Part shown: piece by piece, positions 61,320 through 64,000 of the stretch
How positions within the stretch are numbered: position 1 is the stretch's first letter
How the letters are laid out: each line of letters begins with the position of its first letter
Source: Eledone cirrhosa
Lineage: Eukaryota
DNA length: 64,000 nt
NCBI GenBank assembly: GCA_964016885.1
Contig: OZ024748.1
Location: 57,288,001-57,352,000 of the forward strand
Direction: 5' to 3'
Notes under the pieces: model-generated
Database searches by the model: none
Told to the model about the DNA's origin: nothing
The model's input: the letters and a program-made list of their open reading frames with translations, nothing else
Translations under genes and position numbers: made by a program

Positions 61320-64000
61320 TTTTATTTAAATATATATTTCTTTATTTTCCACAAGGGCGCACAAGAAAAGGAGCCAATACAAGGACATATGCCGGGGATT
61401 TTACATACAATCGTGTAAAAATATTGAAACAAACAACTTCAACAATCGAAATCCCCAATAGAGGGTAGGCGTTACAAATGGGTTGTTTAATACCTCGTAG
61501 ATAGAACAACCCTCAAATTCAGGAGCGTGTTTTGAAAGTGCTCCTCTCTTCTTTAACCTACAGGTTTATAAACAGAGAAGGCCCAATCACTCGGGCCATT
61601 TTCGCTTCATTCACCCACCTTTCAGTAAATTTACTGGGGTGCAGCGCCTCTCTCTCCACTCTGATTCTCCTTCTAAAGTGATACTTAAAGAAGGGAATCA
61701 ATTGTTGTCAGGAGAGAAAGGCATCTGTCCTCAGTCCTCTCAATCTCGTCCACTATATAATCTCTTTTACCATATCCACTATACAGAAGAAAACCGCCTC
61801 TCTTTCGTTTTTGAAAGAAGTTTGCGGTTTGATCCTTACTATGGTCTCGGCAGTCAACTGGATTTGTACCATACGTGACAGCATTTGTTCTGCGTAGTTC
61901 CACAGGTCGGTTACGCCCGGGCAGTGTAGAATTGCGTGCAAGACGGTTTCAATGTCCTGCTCGCATCTTGGACACGTCCTCTTCGAAGGATCCCTGCCGG
62001 GGCGTCCGTACCTGTAGATCTTGTCTCGACCTGGTAGAGCTCCTCGGTAGAACTGCCAGGCCAGAGGCCTCTGGAAGTTGTCCATGGGTCCCGGGCGCAA
62101 ATTCCTACCAAACAGACTGGTGATCTCGTCATCTTCGACGCCCAGAGTCTTTCCGAGCACGTCGTCGCCCTTGTAACGTACTAACTCTCTATAGAATATC
62201 GAAGTGGAGTCTCCACTGATTGCTGTGCCCGCTTGAAAGAGGACTGCGAGCGCCTGAGCGCATTCAATGTGCCAAGTGCCCATTTTCTTCGGTCTCCGCT
62301 TGACCCAGGACTGCAGCCCGTCGGCGAGATAAGTTGCGGGAAGGCCTGTCTCACAAACGGAGTCCACACCGGTTGTTCGGTGAGTAATACCTGGAGATGC
62401 CGTAGCCTCAGCGCGTGTTTGCGCATCATCAGCCATGGAATTCCCAGCCCTCCGTTGGAAGGATGCTGACAGCAGACGGATCTCCACACCAGTGGAGCCT
62501 GCTTCTTCCAAATGAACTGGAAGAGCATGAGTTCCATCTTGGTGAGGTATTCACGGGCACAAGGCACATGGTCAAGCGGTAGAAGATGACGGACGCTATG
62601 AGAGAGTTCGCTCCCTCCGCTCGACCTTTCAAGGATAGTTTGCACTCTGCCCACTTCTGGGTGAGCGCAAATACCTTAGTCGTGACCTCGTTCCAGTTTT
62701 TCCCCACCTGGAGGTCTGGACCGAACCAGACACCGAGCAATTTCACCGCTCCTTCCGTCCAGCGTCCGACGACGCTGTTGGACGGCATTGGTTTGCCTCT
62801 CCACGTTCAGAGTTGCAAACCGACAGATTTGTCCGGGTTCAGTTTTGCTCCTGTGAGCCTTTCGTATTCCTGCAGTAAGTTGTCGATTTCCGAGGTTTCC
62901 GACACCATTACTGTCACGTCGTCGGCATAAGCCGACGCCGCTTTCCTCAGTCCCAGTTCCAGCAGGATGCCCTGCAGAAAGAAGCTCCAACTTCCGCAGT
63001 AGTGGCTCTAGAGTCGGTACGCACGGAATGGAGAGGAGAGGGCATCCCTGTCGGACGGAACGCGTGATTGCGAACGGCTGCGATAGGTAGCCGTTTACCT
63101 TGACCGTCGAGCAGATGTTGGTGTGCATTGCTTTGATCCAGCCTCTGAAGACGGGTCCGAAACCGGCCGCCTTGAGAACCGCTTCCAAGTATCGATGGTC
63201 GACCTTATCGAACGCCTTAGACCGATCTAAATTGATCAGAGCCCCACCGAAGCCGGGTTTACACCCCACCCTCTCTATGATGTATCGCATGAGATGGAGG
63301 TTGTCGTGTATGGACCTGATCGGGATTGCACGCGTTTGCGCTTTCCCTACCAGGTTCTCGACGACAAGCGCCAGCCTCGTTACTAACACCTTGGCCCAAA
63401 TCTTTAACTCTGTGTTGAGCAGAGTTATGGGCCTAACGTTGCTTAGTTCGTCCCCCTTGTTCTCGTCTTTCCTGATCAGCGTTACTACGCCCTTGCCTGC
63501 AGAACTGGGAATTCTCCCGTTCTGCTGCCGGTTGCAGTAGACGGCTTGGAGGATGCCAGAGAACAAGTCCGGTATGCCTATGTAAAAATCATATGGTAGA
63601 CCATCTAGTCCGTTATATTTGTGTTTCCCGCATGGGCCCAGAGCGTCCCGTATCTCAGTGACTGTGATCAGTCTTTCGCAGAACTCGGCCTCCATGCTCG
63701 ACAGACGCGGCAGGTCGTGGAGGTATGAACCGAAGTCCATTACCCTGTTCGTCGCACCGTCGCTCTACGCGAACAGTTGCGCAAAGTGCCGCTGAAAAGC
63801 CGTGCACATCCGCTTGGAGTCAAGTAGCACGCGTTCGTTTTGGTCTTTCAAACACCGAATCGTGGACTTGTTGCCACCTTTCGCCTCTGCCGCTTGGGCC
63901 CAGCTTACAGCTTTTGCTCCCTCGTTACCTAGAGCACGTGATTTACTTCTGACCACGCAGCCTTCGTGTTTCGCATCGAAGAACTGGTACAGTGTCGTTC
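61320..64000 (-). mobile_element. Tx1/L1-clade LINE ORF2 (frameshifted), running off the window edge
   Basis: GLDGLP, RPITLLNTELKI, KAFDKVDH, SVRQGCPL, SAYADDV, KLLGVWFG, C-terminal CPRC...HAILHC zinc knuckle, A-rich 3' end. Confidence 0.92.

Overview
AT-rich, microsatellite-rich animal genomic DNA, most consistent with an octopus/coleoid cephalopod (inferred from the SINE families and huge (TA)n tracts). Two spliced genes on the minus strand can be reconstructed by hand. One is a complete 8-coding-exon carnosine synthase 1 (CARNS1/ATPGD1)-like gene (25302->13281, 936 aa, all intron phases consistent). The other is the 5' part of a FAM92/CIBAR1-like BAR-domain gene (7932->off the left edge). 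The rest is transposons: dozens of tRNA-derived SINEs, RTE, Tx1/L1 and CRE-like LINE pieces, three Penelope-like (GIY-YIG) fragments, head-to-tail Helitrons, MITEs, minisatellites and foldback TA arrays. The most striking non-coding signal is a high density of minimal type-I hammerhead ribozyme (HHR) motifs from several sequence families. These include a ~4-copy, apparently identical 472-bp tandem array (34682-36561) with one intact HHR per unit, a retrozyme-like/circular-RNA-generating arrangement next to a Penelope element. All structures were folded by eye and no database searches were run.
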